Under the pieces are notes generated by a model. It made no database searches. It had not been told where the DNA came from and was given only the letters and a program-made list of their open reading frames with translations. Position numbers and translations under genes: made by a program. 64,000 nt of DNA from Eledone cirrhosa (lineage: Eukaryota): NCBI GenBank assembly GCA_964016885.1, contig OZ024741.1, forward strand, positions 311,364,001 through 311,428,000, in the 5' to 3' direction. Shown here one piece after another: positions 22,280 through 35,765 of this stretch. Within the stretch, counting starts at the first letter, position 1. Each line of letters opens with the position of its first letter.

Positions 22280-24696
22280 ATATTGAAAGGAGATACGGAA
22301 ACTGTTGTCATATAGAGTGAAGAGCGTCACAGATAGTAAAGCAGTTAAATTATAGAGCGGGGGAATGATCTTACATACATACATATAAAGTATAGATATA
22401 TATGTGTGTATGTGTGTGTTTGTGTTTGTGTATCTGTGTATGTGTGTGTGTCTGTTTTGTTTTGACGTTATCCGCTAATTGGTGAAATCAGGTGTGAAAT
22501 TATGTGTGTGTGTGTGTGTGTCTGTTACTTATTTGAGCGACGACAGAAAAATTATGTGGGATACATACATTATTATATTTGTCAGGGTTGCCTTTTGATG
22601 TATGTATTACCTGCTGTCATATAGAGAGTGAAGAGAGACAGAGAGTAAATAAGTTAAATTATAGAGAGGGTGAAAGAGGGACAGAGAGACGATGCTCAGC
22701 TTTATAATATTAGAGAGTGAAGAGTGATAGAGAGAGTAAAGCAGTTAAATTATAGATTTCTTTATTAGCCACAAGGGCGCAACAAGAAAGGGGACAATAC
22801 AAAGACATGCCGGGGATTTTACATACAGTCGTGTAAAAAAATATAAAAACAAACAATTTCAACAATCGAAATCCCCAATAGGGGGGAGGCGCCACAAATG
22901 GGTTGTTTAATACCCCGTCGATAGAACAACCCTCAACTCGAGGAGCGTGTTGTGCAAGTGCTCCTTTCTTCCTTTTGATCTCTTCCTCAACCTACAGGCT
23001 TATAAACAGAGAAGGCCCAATCACTCGGGCCATTTTCGCTTCATTCACCCACCTTTCAGTAAATTTACTGGGGTGCAGTGCCTCTCTCTCCACCTGATTC
23101 TCCTTCTAAAGTGATACTTAAAGGAGGGAATCAATTGTTGTCCGGAGAGAAAGGCATCTGTCCTCAGTCCTCTCAACCTCGTCCACCATATAACTTCTTT
23201 CACCATAGCCACCGTACAGAGGAAAACCGCCTCTCTTTCGTTTTTGAAAGAGTCTGGCGGTTTGATCCTTACTATGGACTTGGCAGTCAACTGTATTTGT
23301 TCCATACGCGACAGCAGTTGTTCTGCATAGTTTCACAGGTCGCTTACGCCCGGGCAGTGTACAATTGCGTGCAGAACTGTTTCAATGTCCTGCGCACATC
23401 TTGGACACGTCCTCTTGGAAGGATCCCTGCCAGGGCGTCCGTGCCTGTGGATCTTGTCACGAACCGGTAGAGCTCCTCGGTAGCACTGCCAGGCCAGGGA
23501 CCTCTGGAAGTTGTCCATAGGTCCCGGGCGGAAAGTCCTACCAAACATACTGGTGAGCTCATCGTCTTCGACGCCCAGAGTCTCTCCGAGCACGCCGTCG
23601 CCCTTGTAACGTACAATCCCTTTATAGAATGTCGAAGTGGAGTCTCCACTGATTGCTGCGCCCGCTTGGCCGTGACCTCGTTCCAGTTTTTCTCCACCTG
23701 GAGGTCTGGACCGAACCAGACCCCGAGCAATTTCACCGGTTCGTCCGTCCAGCGTCCAACGACGCTGTCGGATGTCATCGGTTTGCCTCTCCACGTACCG
23801 AGTTGCAAACCGACAGACTTGTCTGGGTTTAGTTTTGCTCCCGTCAGCGTTTCGTATTCTTTCAGTATGTTGCCGATCACCCCGATTTCCGAGGTGCTTG
23901 ACACCATTACTGTCACGTCGTCGGCATAAGCCGACGCCGCTTTGCGCAGTCCCGGTTCTAGGGGGATGCCCTGCAACAGCTCCAATTTCCGCAGTAGTGG
24001 CTCTAGAGTCAATACATACAGAATGGAGGAGAGAGGGCATCCCTGTCGAATGGAACGCGTGATTGCGAACGGCTCCGATAGGTAGCCGTTCACCTTGACC
24101 CTCGAGCAGATGCTGGTGTGCATCGCCTCGATCCATCCTCTGAACACGGGACCGAAACCGGCCGCCTTGAGAACCGCTTCCAAGTATCGATGGTCGACCC
24201 TATTGAATGCCTTAGACTGATCCAAGTTGATCAGAGCCCCACCGAAGCCGGGTTTACTACCCACCCTCTCTATGATGTATCGCATGAGGTGGAGGTTGTC
24301 GTGTATGGACCTGGTCGGGATTGCACACGTTTGCGCTTTCCCTACTAGGTTCTCGACGACAAGCGCCAACCTCGTCGCTAGCACCTTGGCCAAAATCTTT
24401 AACACTGTGTTGAGCAGAGTTATGGGCCTGAAGTTGTTAATTTCGTCCCCTTGTTCTCGTCTTTCCTTATCAGCGTTACTACGCCCTTGCCTGCAGAACT
24501 TGGGAATTCTCCCGTTCTGCTGCCAATTGCAGTAGACGGCTTCGAGGACGCCAGAGAACAAGTCCGGCATGCCTATGTAAAATTCGTAGGGTAGACCATC
24601 TAGACCGGGTGTGTGTCTGTTTTGTTTTGTTGTTATCCGCCAATTGGTGAAATCAGATGTGAAAGTATGTGTATTTGTGTGTGTGTGTGTGTGTGG

Positions 24697-24736
<40 letters not shown>

Positions 24737-24769
24737 TGTGTGTGTGTGTGGGTGTGTGCGTGCGTGTGT

Positions 24770-24843
<74 letters not shown>

Positions 24844-25405
24844 TATGCGAGCGAACACAGAAAAATTATGTTGGATGCATACATTATTATATTTGTCAGG
24901 GTTGCCTTTTGATGTATGTATTACCTGCTGTCATATAGAGAGACAGAGAGTAAAGAAGTTAAATTATAGAGAGGGTGAAAGAGGGACAGAGAGACGATGC
25001 TCAGGTTTATAATATTAGCGAGTGAAGAGCGACAGAGGGGAGTAAAGCAGTTAAATTATAGAGAGGGGGAATGACCTATTATAGAGAGCTGATTTACATA
25101 CGACGCTCATCTCTGCGGAAAGTAAAAGTGTGTTGTCATATAGAGAGTGAACAGAGACAGAGAGTAAAGCAGTTAAATTATAGAGAGGGTGAAAGAGGTA
25201 GAGAGAGAGACGACGCTCAGCTTTATAATATTTGAGAGTGAAGAGCGACAGAGAGAGTAAAGCCGTTAAATTATAGTTAGGTGGAATGATCTATTATAGA
25301 GAGAGGGAAGACCGACGTAGAGACTAAAGCTAACAAACTATAGGGAGGTCTGTAGGGTACATACATACATAATACACACGCCGCTCAGCTTTATAATATT
25401 ATAGA
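22280..25405 (-). repeat. Helitron-like 5' terminus with AG-rich subterminal repeat array, interrupted by a Tx1-like LINE
   Basis: Minus strand starts A|TCTATAATATTATAAAGCTGAGC at 25405. Repeated AGAGAGTAAAGCAGTTAAATTATAGA units; the same units occur inverted at 51830-52130 inside another Helitron. Confidence 0.6.
22757..24608 (-). mobile_element. 5'-truncated Tx1/L1-clade LINE
   Basis: PGLDGLPYEFY, RPITLLN, LDQSKAFNRV, RQGCPLS and AYADDV motifs; zf-RVT-like CPRC....ET..H....C; AATAAA near the 3' end. Confidence 0.9.
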
Positions 25406-25411
25406 TAGTCT

Positions 25412-25453
25412 AACGAAGTTCTTTCGTTGTACATCCATAACATCATCAGTGGT
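25412..25453 (-). ncRNA. Degenerate minimal hammerhead motif (PLE terminal remnant)
   Basis: CCA-CTGATGA-T-GTTATG gatg TACAAC-GAAAGAACTT; paralogous to 53987-54030; stem I is broken. Confidence 0.5.
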
Positions 25454-25837
25454 ACTATTATCATTTTTCCTACATTTACACACACATAAGTGTTATGGCG
25501 TTCTTTAGCAGACGATATATGTTACCATCAAAGCTTATTTTCTACGTATGTCTCAAGAAATCAGATACTTTATAGAAGTATATATGTATGTATTTAACAA
25601 ACGGAAAAAAAACGGTATTTTTAAAAGATATTATTTGAATATATTATTTTCCGCTGTTATTTGAATTAACACAGAAAATATTTATTTTGTAGTGTTTGTC
25701 GTTTTTTTGGATACAATCTGAAATCCCAATATTTTTTACATATTTCTAAAATTAATTACACCTAATATACATTCATATAAAGAGATCATTTAAAACAACT
25801 TTACTGGGTTGTTTCTATTTCGGAAAGAGTGTGGTGT

Positions 25838-26030
25838 GTAATAATTGATTCTACTTTTGGCATAAGGCCAGCAATTATTCCAGTGCATTAATGGCATTTT
25901 ATTTAAATCGTGTCGTGTGTAATAATTGTTTCTACTTTTTGGCACAAGGCCAGCAATTATGCCAGAACATTACTGGTACTTTATTTTATCGACCCCGTAA
26001 GGATGAAAGGCAAAGTAAACCTCGGCAGGA
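25838..26030 (-). mobile_element. SINE fragments (tandem partial copies)
   Basis: GGCACAAGGCCAGCAATT and ATCGACCCCGTAAGGATGAAAGGCAAAGT, as in 20608-20796. Confidence 0.75.
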
Positions 26031-26060
26031 ATAGGTGTGGTGTGTAATACTATCACTTCA

Positions 26061-29000
26061 AATGCCTAGAAAACGTTCCAGATCATTATATGGAAGGTCA
26101 TCTTCAAAGATAACTCAGCGATCTGAAGAAAGTGAAGAAATTCGGCATGCCCGTCTAGCTGCTAACAGAGCCCAAACAGCTTTAACACGAGCACACCGTT
26201 TGGATGAAAGGGTACAAATTACAGCTGCTACACGAGAACAAAAAATTAAGGAACAGCAACAAATCAGACGAAATGATAATCAAGCACATCGTTCTACTGC
26301 CCGAGCAGGAGAACAAGCCACAAGTAAAATGGCTGATGGGTGCTTTTTCTTATGACCCTCAAAAGGACTACAGCAGTAATCCACAAATCCACATTGGGAA
26401 AATGAACAAATGCTGCCAGTATTGTGGTGCCAAGAAGTGGGCAGCAGAAACACCAAGTCTATGCTGCTCAAAAGGCAAAGTGATCATTAAAACAATACAA
26501 GAACTCCTGAATTTCTGAAGAATCTGCTCCTTCAGGATACATCAGAAGCACAACACATCAATAAATACATCATAAAATATAATTCTGCCTTTCAAATGAC
26601 ATCTTTTGGGGCTGACAGCAATGTCACGGACTTTAGATTCTGTACAACTTATAAAATTCAGGGACAGTGTTACCACTTAATGGGTGGCCTTCTGCCACTT
26701 TCACAGCAGCCTCACAAATTTGTGTAGGTTTACTTCATGGGTGGAAATGAAACGCAGGCACAACAAACATGTACCTATGTCCATGGTGGATTGTAGTTCT
26801 ACATAGTCCTAAAGTTACGAGAAATGCTTCCCCAACATCACATGTGCGTCAGTGTATTTAAATATGCACTGGAGCATATGAACAACACCAGAGCTCGTAA
26901 AATCATCATTAGGGCAGACAAACCCCCAGCTTCAGAACATGAATGTAGATTCAATGCACCTGTCACTGATGAAGTTGCAATCATAATGGTTGATGAACAG
27001 CATGAACGACGTGACATTGTTTTGCAAAAACGAAGTGGACATTTGGAGCGAATATGTGAAAGTCATAGAGCCTATGATTCACTCCAATATCCGTTCATCT
27101 TTTTGAATGGTCAAGATGGATATCATTTTCAGCTATGGCAGATCAGCCCAGGAACGCGACCAGAGACTGGCCGATCAATCAGCTGCAAAGAATTATATGC
27201 TTATCCTTTCATATTCCGTGACCACTTCAACCAAGTTCTGAGATTCAAAGAAGTAACCATGGTGGACATGTATGCCAAAATTGAAACAGAAAGAATGGAT
27301 TTTCTGCGAAGGAATCAAACTAAGTTGAGAGCAGATAAATACATCCACCTTAGATATGCCATCAATTCTGATGTTGACCCAAAGAATATTGGCCTGCCAG
27401 TCATACTACCATCAAGCTTCACGGGGGGACCACGTTACATGCAAGAACGTACGGAAGATGCAATGGCCTATGTCACAATATTTGGTCGGCCAGATCTTTT
27501 CAATACATTTACATGCAATTCAAACTGCTCAGAAATATCAAATGAATTATTTCAAAATCAAAAACCAAACGATCGACATCACCTCATTGCTCGGGTTTTC
27601 CATGAAAAGCAATAAACACTCCTCTGGTTCCTAAAAGAAGTAAGAATCTTTGGTGAGCTTAGTGCTTGGATAACCACATTTGATTGGCAGAAGGGAGGTC
27701 TTCCTCACTCTCACACATTAATCTGGTGCAAGAAGAAGATAAGACCAGATGATGTTGATGAGATCATTTCAGCAGAGTTTCCTGATAAAGGTGGTGATCC
27801 AGAGCTCTTTGAAACCATCAAGTCCAAACTCATTTATGGTCCTTGTGGAGTGATCAATCCAGCCTCTCCCTGCATGAAAGATCAAAAATTCAGCAAACAT
27901 TATCCTAGAGCTTTTATTCGGGAAGCTCGGACGGAAAATAATGGATACCCTCTTTATCGTAGGCGTAGTTCAGAATATGGAGGCATTACTGCAAGCCTAA
28001 GAGTTCGAGGAGAGGAGCTGACCATAAACGATCTGTGGGTCGTCACCCACAACAAATTGTTGTGTAAACTTTTAAAAGCTCATATTAATGTTGAGTATTG
28101 CAGCTCCATCAAAGTAATCCTATATGTCACAAAATATTTCAACAACGGCAGTGACATGGCTACCTTAATTACTGACAAAGAACTCAATAATGGTGGGCTA
28201 GATGAGGTCAAATGGTATCAAACAGGTCGATACATCTCCAGCAGTGAAGCTATCTGGAAACTCTTTGGGTTTGATATCCATCAACGCCACCCAACAGTGG
28301 TAAACCTCACAGTCCATCTGGAAAATGGACAGAGAGTGTACTTCACTGAGATTATTGCTCATCAGTTGGCACAATCGTCACATGACACCACACTAACTGC
28401 TTTCTTTAAACTCTGCCAGAATTATGAATTTGCTCGATCCCTCCTATTTGCTGAAGTCCCAACATACTACACCTTGACCTATTGCAAAACCTGGAATTGA
28501 AGAAAGCAGGGTCATTTAGTGGAATGTCATGAAGTCAAGTCAAGTGATGCTATTGGGCGTGTTTACAATGTCCATCCCAACGAACAGAGAATGTTTTTAT
28601 TTATGGCTACTTCTGCATACTGTTCGAGGACCAACGTCATTTGAGTATCTTAGATGCTTCACAGGTAGGGAGTGCGCAACATATCAAGAAGCATGTAAAC
28701 AGCCTGGACTCCTGCATGACAATGGACACTGGAAATATCAGCAATCACTCAAGTAGCCAGTAAAATAAGACAATTATTTGCTATTATGCTCACCTCATGT
28801 GGAATTGATGAAGCTCATCTATTCTGGCAGGAGTACAAAAACAATATGTCGGACGACTATCTACACCTAGCCCGAAGACATCTTGGCAATATGTATATGG
28901 AATATACCCCCAGGATTTACAATCAAGCTCTCTGTGACCTGTCCCATCGAGTTCAGGCAATGGATAGGACATTAGCTAACTGCGGGATGCCAGAGCCACA

Positions 29001-29460
29001 TGAAGAAATAGAGGTAGCAGGAGACAAACTACGATATTCAAGCATTGCGTAAGTTTGTGGGTGAAAATGAACATCGATTGATGGATGACCAGAAATACGC
29101 CTACCACAACATCATCGAAAACGTTCAAAATGACAGAAGACTTTTCTTCATCTTGCTCCTGCTGGCACAGGCAAGACATTCCTCATAAACCTCCTGCTTG
29201 CAAAAATTCGCCAAAAGCAACATATTGCCCATGCTGTGGCTTCATGTGGCATTGCAGCAACACTTCTGGATGGAGGAAGAACTGCACAATCCATGTTTAA
29301 GGAGCCCATAGATCTAACACGGCATAAACAATCTTTTTGCAACATCAAGAAGAACTCACCCAAGGGAAAGCTTCGGCAAACATACATGATGATAATTTGG
29401 GATGAGGCTACTATGAGCCATAAAGGAGCAATTGAAACTTTGGACCGGACGATAAGGGAT
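26061..29460 (+). mobile_element. Helitron Rep-helicase pseudogene, truncated by a PLE insertion
   Basis: CQYCGAKKW...CCSKGKV zinc motif, YNSAFQMTSFG, ILPSSFTGGPRYM, GRPDLF.TFTCN, HUH-like WQKGGLPHSH, YVTKY, Walker A APAGTGKTF and IWDEATM, with multiple stops and frameshifts. Confidence 0.92.
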
Positions 29461-32200
29461 AAACAAACAGAAGCAAATTTAGTATACCTAGATCTAAACT
29501 GAGAAATATTATAGAACAGTATAGCAAGAAGCAAAATGGAATGGAGGCCCAGCAACTGGGAGAAAAATCTGCAAATGGGTTGCGTAAGCTCATGCGGCGC
29601 TCGCGTAATGTAGAGATTGCATGCTTTCCAACAGACAAGTCAGGCAGAATGTCGGTTGACACTTTGTCAAACTACATCCAGGCAATGCAACCCCACATCA
29701 CTAACACAAGAGAAGTAACACCACAAGAGCATGAGGATAGGGAAAAACCCCTCAATGCCCATATGATGATGTGGACAAATATAATGCAGCCCAAGAAAAG
29801 GACTGCCAACAACTTTCAGGCCTGGAACAATGACGTGCCGGCGTTGTATGGGCTTCGAAAAGACCATAAAACGGGCAGTGACCTTGTCACAGGACCACCA
29901 ACACGGCCAGCCTGTGGAGATAACATTGCTAGTAACTACAGACTTTCCTACTTCCTCTCCCTGATCATACGCCCCATCATTGAAATGTCCTAAGATATAT
30001 GTGACAGCACGGAGGACTTCCTCAGCAGAATCAGCGAGAGTAACCGATCTAGGGACCTAACAAACTGCATAAGAGGTAGTATGGATGTTGTGTCCCTATA
30101 TCCATCTATTGAGTGGATTTTGCAGTGGGGAAATGCATAGAAATGCATAGAAATGATCAGCGCAATGTTGAATTCCGTAGGATTGATACCAGTGAGCTGG
30201 GACTCCTACTTAAACTTACCTATAGTAATGATTATCTAGATACATATGACTTTAGCAACCTGTGCCCTTCAAGACCAGCAAGAGGCAGACCACCTACCAT
30301 TACCTCAATGACCAATAAAACCAACACAGAAAGATGGAACAGGTGGACCAGAGCCATACGGACCCCCAAAAACCATGATGAACTAAAGAAAATGACTGCA
30401 CATACGGTGGGGGCCAGTATAAAATTAACCCTTAAGGAACATATGTTCAAATTTAATGGAAAGAAATATGCCCAAGAGGAGGGAGCAGCCATTGATGTTA
30501 GCATTGCAGGTGACATAGCTAACCTATTCATGGCATGGTGGGACAATAGACTTAAACTTAAACTTAAAGAACAATTAGAAGACAGCAACCTCTTAACCCT
30601 GATAATGTACTCCCGCTACGTTGATGATATAAACATCGTAGTAAAAACACCCCCAGTAGAGAACAGTCAGGAATTAGAGTAAAACACTATGGAAAGCATC
30701 CAGCAAATAGCTAACTCCATCCACTAGAGTATTAGAGTTACTATAGACTACCCTAGCAAACACCCCAACCATCGATTACCTGTACTAGACACAGAGCTCT
30801 GGTTAGATACCATTAATAATAAAAAAACAAATACTCTATTCCCATTATGCCAAACCCATGACTTTCAAATATCTGATCCACCGAAACTCAGCTGTTTCGG
30901 ACCATACTAAAATCAACATACTGATTGCGGATTTGGTACGGGTGATGAGAAACGTGTCCCGCATGTGCAACACCAAAGAACTAGAGAGACGCATACAACA
31001 CTTCATCCATCGTATGCAGCTCTCTGATTACAATCAGAGAGATAAAATCAGAGTATATAGAGGAGTCAGGACCAAATGGGAAAAAATGGTAAATAATGAT
31101 ACAAATGTGACCTGCCCCTTGTATAGGAGCAAATTTTGGAATAGAATAGAAAGAACTAGGAATAAGGTTAATAGAATAATCTCATGGCATGATAGCAATA
31201 AATACCAGAGTGTAATGTTCATCGATACAACCCCTAGAGGTGAATTAGCTTACAAATTTAGAAGGGCCCAAGATAAACATAAACTCAATATTAAGATACT
31301 AGAAAGACCAGGTACCTCCATAAAATCATTTATTAGCAATACATACCCTTTTCAAAGACCTCCCTGTATAGATAAGGAAAGTATAATCTGTAAATTAAGC
31401 CCCCATATTAACTGTAAAACTAGAAATGTAGTATCTAGCATAAGATGTACTGAAGGACAATGTAGAGATAAGAATATAGTGTACATAGGTGATACAGCTC
31501 GTAGTATAGGGGAATGGATAAATGAACACTGGCGAGAGCTTCAAGATAGTAAAGAATCATCTGTACTTTACCAACATGCTAAGATAGAACACAAGGGTAA
31601 ATTAGAGAATATAGAAATAAAAATAGAATCTACACACAGAAAAGACGCAATGTTTAGACAAATCACAGAGGCAATAAACATAAATGAACTCCAACCAAAA
31701 TTAAATAGAAAACATGAATGGAACAGGAACATCACGACTAACAATTAAGGACAAAAAAAAAATGAAAACACACACACACATAGAACAAACAACTAACCAG
31801 TAACATGTAAATAAGAAAATAAATAAACAAATATAAACACACACAGACACCCGGATGTAACACATGCGCAAACTAAGCACACAACACACACAAAAGCAAG
31901 ATGGCGTAGGACAGAACAAAGGAGAGGCACAAAAACAAGGAAAAGAATCCCAGTCACTGAAGAGGTCACATAATGTGTGACAAAAGAACTTTGACAATAT
32001 ATGAACAATCGTCTGGTTGTGGAACCAACCAACCAACCGGAAATTTATAAATTCCTGAATTTATGAATTTAATTTATAATAAATTGAAGTGAAAGCAACT
32101 GGTGCGTGTGTTTCTTATTGGCAACATGACCCCCCGAAAGTGTAACATATCGGTTTCAACACACGTTTTCAGATAACTAATCTTTCTAAACAAATTCAGA
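29461..32200 (+). mobile_element. Neptune-type Penelope-like retroelement (decayed)
   Basis: TDKSG, YGLRKDHK, MDVVSLYPSI, YSRYVDDI and MFIDTTPRGELA motifs; Cys-rich linker; VYIGDTARS GIY-YIG; hammerhead in the 3' UTR; ends at (TA)n. Confidence 0.88.
31953..31995 (+). ncRNA. Minimal type I hammerhead motif (G12 mutated)
   Basis: Stem I GTCA/TGAC; CTGAAGA; 1-nt insert; stem II GTCACA/TGTGAC; AAAA in place of GAAA; GAACTT. Confidence 0.6.
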
Positions 32201-32250
32201 AATGAAATATATATATATATATATAGATAAATATATATACATATATATAC

Positions 32251-32358
<108 letters not shown>

Positions 32359-33008
32359 AAGAGAGTATTGTATGCAGGTAGATGATCAGTTAGTAGGGCT
32401 CTGCATCAACACTACTCCTACAGTACTCGAACTGCCAGATCTCGAATTATATTGCAATAAGCACCCAACCGAACCATTTCAGATTTTTCATCTGGTGGAA
32501 GACAGCCTATATTCATTGAAGAATAAGTAAGCATAAATGGTTTTGACATCAATTTCTCCGGAAATGATCCATTGCCTGTGTTTCAAGGGATTTTGTGACT
32601 ATGGATAGTGTTGATTCCTTAGCATACATCTGGTCTCTTCAGATTAGTTTATCCACAACTGGTTCTATGGAGAACCAGGTGTGCACAGATAGTGGAGCTG
32701 ATAATATTTCTTTTTTTTCTCTCGAATATCAGCTACCCTCTAAAGTGGTGACTACATCAATAGCTATTTATAAATCATAGGGACGTTACCCCAGCACCAC
32801 CAACACACATACACGCTACTAGTCATAAGCTATCCTCCAGTGGTGGATAAATTAACGTTCGGCAGACCACCCGAATAGAACCGATTGATGCTAGGGAGAA
32901 ACTCTGCATAGTGATCAAAACAGTTGAAACATTTGTAATGGAATATTTCCGAATAAATTTATGTAAAAACCTATTAACTTTCAACACACATACATACATA
33001 TACATACA

Positions 33009-33149
<141 letters not shown>

Positions 33150-33526
33150 TCAGGTTTGAGGTTCACCACTGTATAGAGCTGGTCTATACCGTATGGTCAA
33201 TCGTAATGCAATAATATAGAGAGTACTCAACGTAAAGCAGTTCAACCGTCTTTGTTTTTGTAGTTGGTGGTGCTATTACGGAGTTAAATATTATAATGAA
33301 ATGACAGGAGACTGGATTTGTGTAAATCCTTGAAAGGTTTATTATACTATGATCATTTCAATGACCGGGTTCCGTATGAATCCGGTGATATCATCAGGTA
33401 TTCGAAATATAATACGTGAATGTAATAGATAAAATCCATGGGGCTGAAAATCGAGGACCCGAGGGCGACCGCTATTCTGTTACTTCAACCTCAGCCGGGC
33501 GACCAGTCTTCTGTCATTTCATTATA

Positions 33527-33615
<89 letters not shown>

Positions 33616-33925
33616 TAGCATGTTTATGATATAACTCGCTGACAACTAGAACCAAGATATCCAAAGATAGTAACTAGAGATTTCCTGTTCTTTAATTTTA
33701 ACTGTTACCTTTCTTTTATTAATGTTACACTTATATGCACACGCAACCGACAAATTGACACACGCATGTGTCTGAGTGTGTGTTCCTGTCGGTGTTTGAG
33801 TATATGTATGTGTGATTGATACATTTTATGGATAAAAGGTTATGATAAGCACACTCACACACCTACACACACACGCACACAAACACACAAACACACACAC
33901 ACATACACACACAAGTATATATATA

Positions 33926-34814
33926 GGTGTGTCAGAAAAGTTCCAGGACTGATGTCATAAAAGATTTATTTCAACTTCACACTTAGAGTTTTCTCTTTCA
34001 AGGTAATCTCCCTGGAGTATGTAACTGTAACCTTAGCTCTCTGCAGCGATCAGACTTTTTTCTTTGTAATTGTATATACATGTCCTCTGTTTCAGGTCGT
34101 CGAGCAATGAGCACAGAGCAACGAACAGACTTGAAGTTTCTGGTACGGTTGGGGAAAACTCCGCTGCAGCAAGTGTATGGAGATGAGACGATGTCACGCT
34201 CACGTGTTTTTGAGTGATGAAAGAGGTTTAAAGAAGGACGCGAGGACGTGGAAGATGACCCCATAAAGGAAAGCCCACAACAACCCGGACTGAGATCAAC
34301 GTTGAGCACGTCAGGCAGATGATGCGTAGCGATCGTCGGCTGACTGTTCTACTGATGGCAAATGAGCTGGGCATGAATCGGGACAACGTCTGGAAGATTC
34401 TGACTGAAGATTTGGACATGCGGAAAGTCTGCACGAAGATGGTGCCAAAACTGCTGAACAATGACCAGAAGGGTCAACGCATGCAAGTGTGCCAGGACAT
34501 CTTTGAGCGTCTTGAAATCGAACCAGACCTGCTAGGGACAGTCATCACCGGTGTTGAGTCATGGATCTTCGGGTACGACCCGGAGGGGACCCGTTCTGAA
34601 GATGTGAACGAAATAAAAAAGGACTTGAGGACGGAACTGCGGTGGATCCCGGAAGAATCCTTCATGGAGTGCATGCAAGCGTGGCAGAAAAAGGATGGAA
34701 AAGCGCATTAGACTCCAGGGAGATTACTTTGAAGGAGAAAACCCTTAGTGTGAAGTTTGAGTTTGAAATAAATCTTTTGTGACATCACTCCTGGAACTTT
34801 TCTGACACACCCCG
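33926..34814 (+). mobile_element. Internally deleted mariner (Tc1/mariner) DNA transposon
   Basis: About 45-bp TIRs GGTGTGTCAGAAAAGTTCCAGGA.../...TCCTGGAACTTTTCTGACACACC flanked by TA. Transposase remnants KVCTKMVPKLL and ITGVESWIFGYDPE. Confidence 0.9.
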
Positions 34815-34867
34815 TATATATATATAAATGAATACACAGGTGTGTGTATGATCGTGTATTGAAGATT

Positions 34868-35232
34868 ATATTAATAAAAGGAAGTCCAACTTTGTCTGAC
34901 TTACTCGTTTTATTTAAAATCCTTTAAAATTATAATGATATTATAATGAAATAGTATGGTGGAATATTAAATGTTAAGTGTTAATTGAACAAGTTCTTTC
35001 ATGCTTTCGCAATCTTCAAGTTGATATTCTGTGGTGACAGTTAAGTTTTCAATTTTCAACTGTGAAAAGCAGTTGAAAATTGCAAACTTAACTGTCACCA
35101 CTGAAAGTACTTGTTCAATTAACACTAAACATTTAATATTCCACCATACTATTTCATTCTAATACCATTTTACATTTTAATGGATTGTAAATAAAACGAG
35201 TAAATCAGACAAAGTTGGAATTCTTTTTATTA

Positions 35233-35236
<4 letters not shown>
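34868..35236. repeat. ~370-bp fold-back palindrome carrying a hammerhead-like motif in one arm
   Basis: Arms pair around a 7-nt loop (CAACTG tgaaaag CAGTTG). The left arm contains an extra ~30 nt that reads on minus AAC-TTGAAGA-T-TGC gaaa GCA-T-GAAAGAACTT-GTT (34988-35022). Confidence 0.85.
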
Positions 35237-35259
<23 letters not shown>

Positions 35260-35263
<4 letters not shown>

Positions 35264-35327
35264 TTAATGTCGTTGATACAATGACATGTCTCTTTACCAT
35301 CTGACCCAAATTTTCCTGCTAGACATT
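35260..35327 (-). pseudogene. 5' half of an EGF-like exon, truncated at (TA)n/palindrome insertion
   Basis: ATTTCAG acceptor, then ECLAGKFGSDGKETCHCINDIN. The upstream intron (35328-35600) resembles 14801-15060. Confidence 0.7.
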
Positions 35328-35669
35328 CTGAAATTATCAGTATATGTTGCAGATATCCTCATGTACATACATGTATAAATGACATAACAATTATACAATT
35401 TTATAACATATCAATATTTTTGAGATTATGACAAACGAATGAAACTGAATACGACTATTAAATAATATATCGATATACTACATGACACAGGGAGATTATA
35501 TTTGAAAATAATGTTCCGAAAACATATGGAAGTAACAATCAATATGAGTAACACAATTACATTCACAAATAGTAAAACTTTTACACTACTTATCAGTTTC
35601 TGCGTTATTTATCACTGATATTCTTACATTTAACGACAATAAATACATTTATATATATATATATATATA

Positions 35670-35765
<96 letters not shown>

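Noticed and set aside
24609-24858. His/Thr-rich N-terminus of the 504-aa ORF 23344..24858
   Set aside because: Chance in-frame read-through from flanking (GT)n into a 5'-truncated LINE; homology starts at PGLDG.
22445-25060. ~300-bp direct repeats flanking the Tx1-like LINE as a target-site duplication or LTRs
   Set aside because: Too long and too diverged for a TSD, there is no gag or integrase, and they belong to the surrounding Helitron repeat array.
24900-25300. Repeat-spacer-like pattern (GCAGTTAAATTATAGA units) as a CRISPR array
   Set aside because: The spacers are themselves repetitive, there are no cas genes, and the context is eukaryotic.
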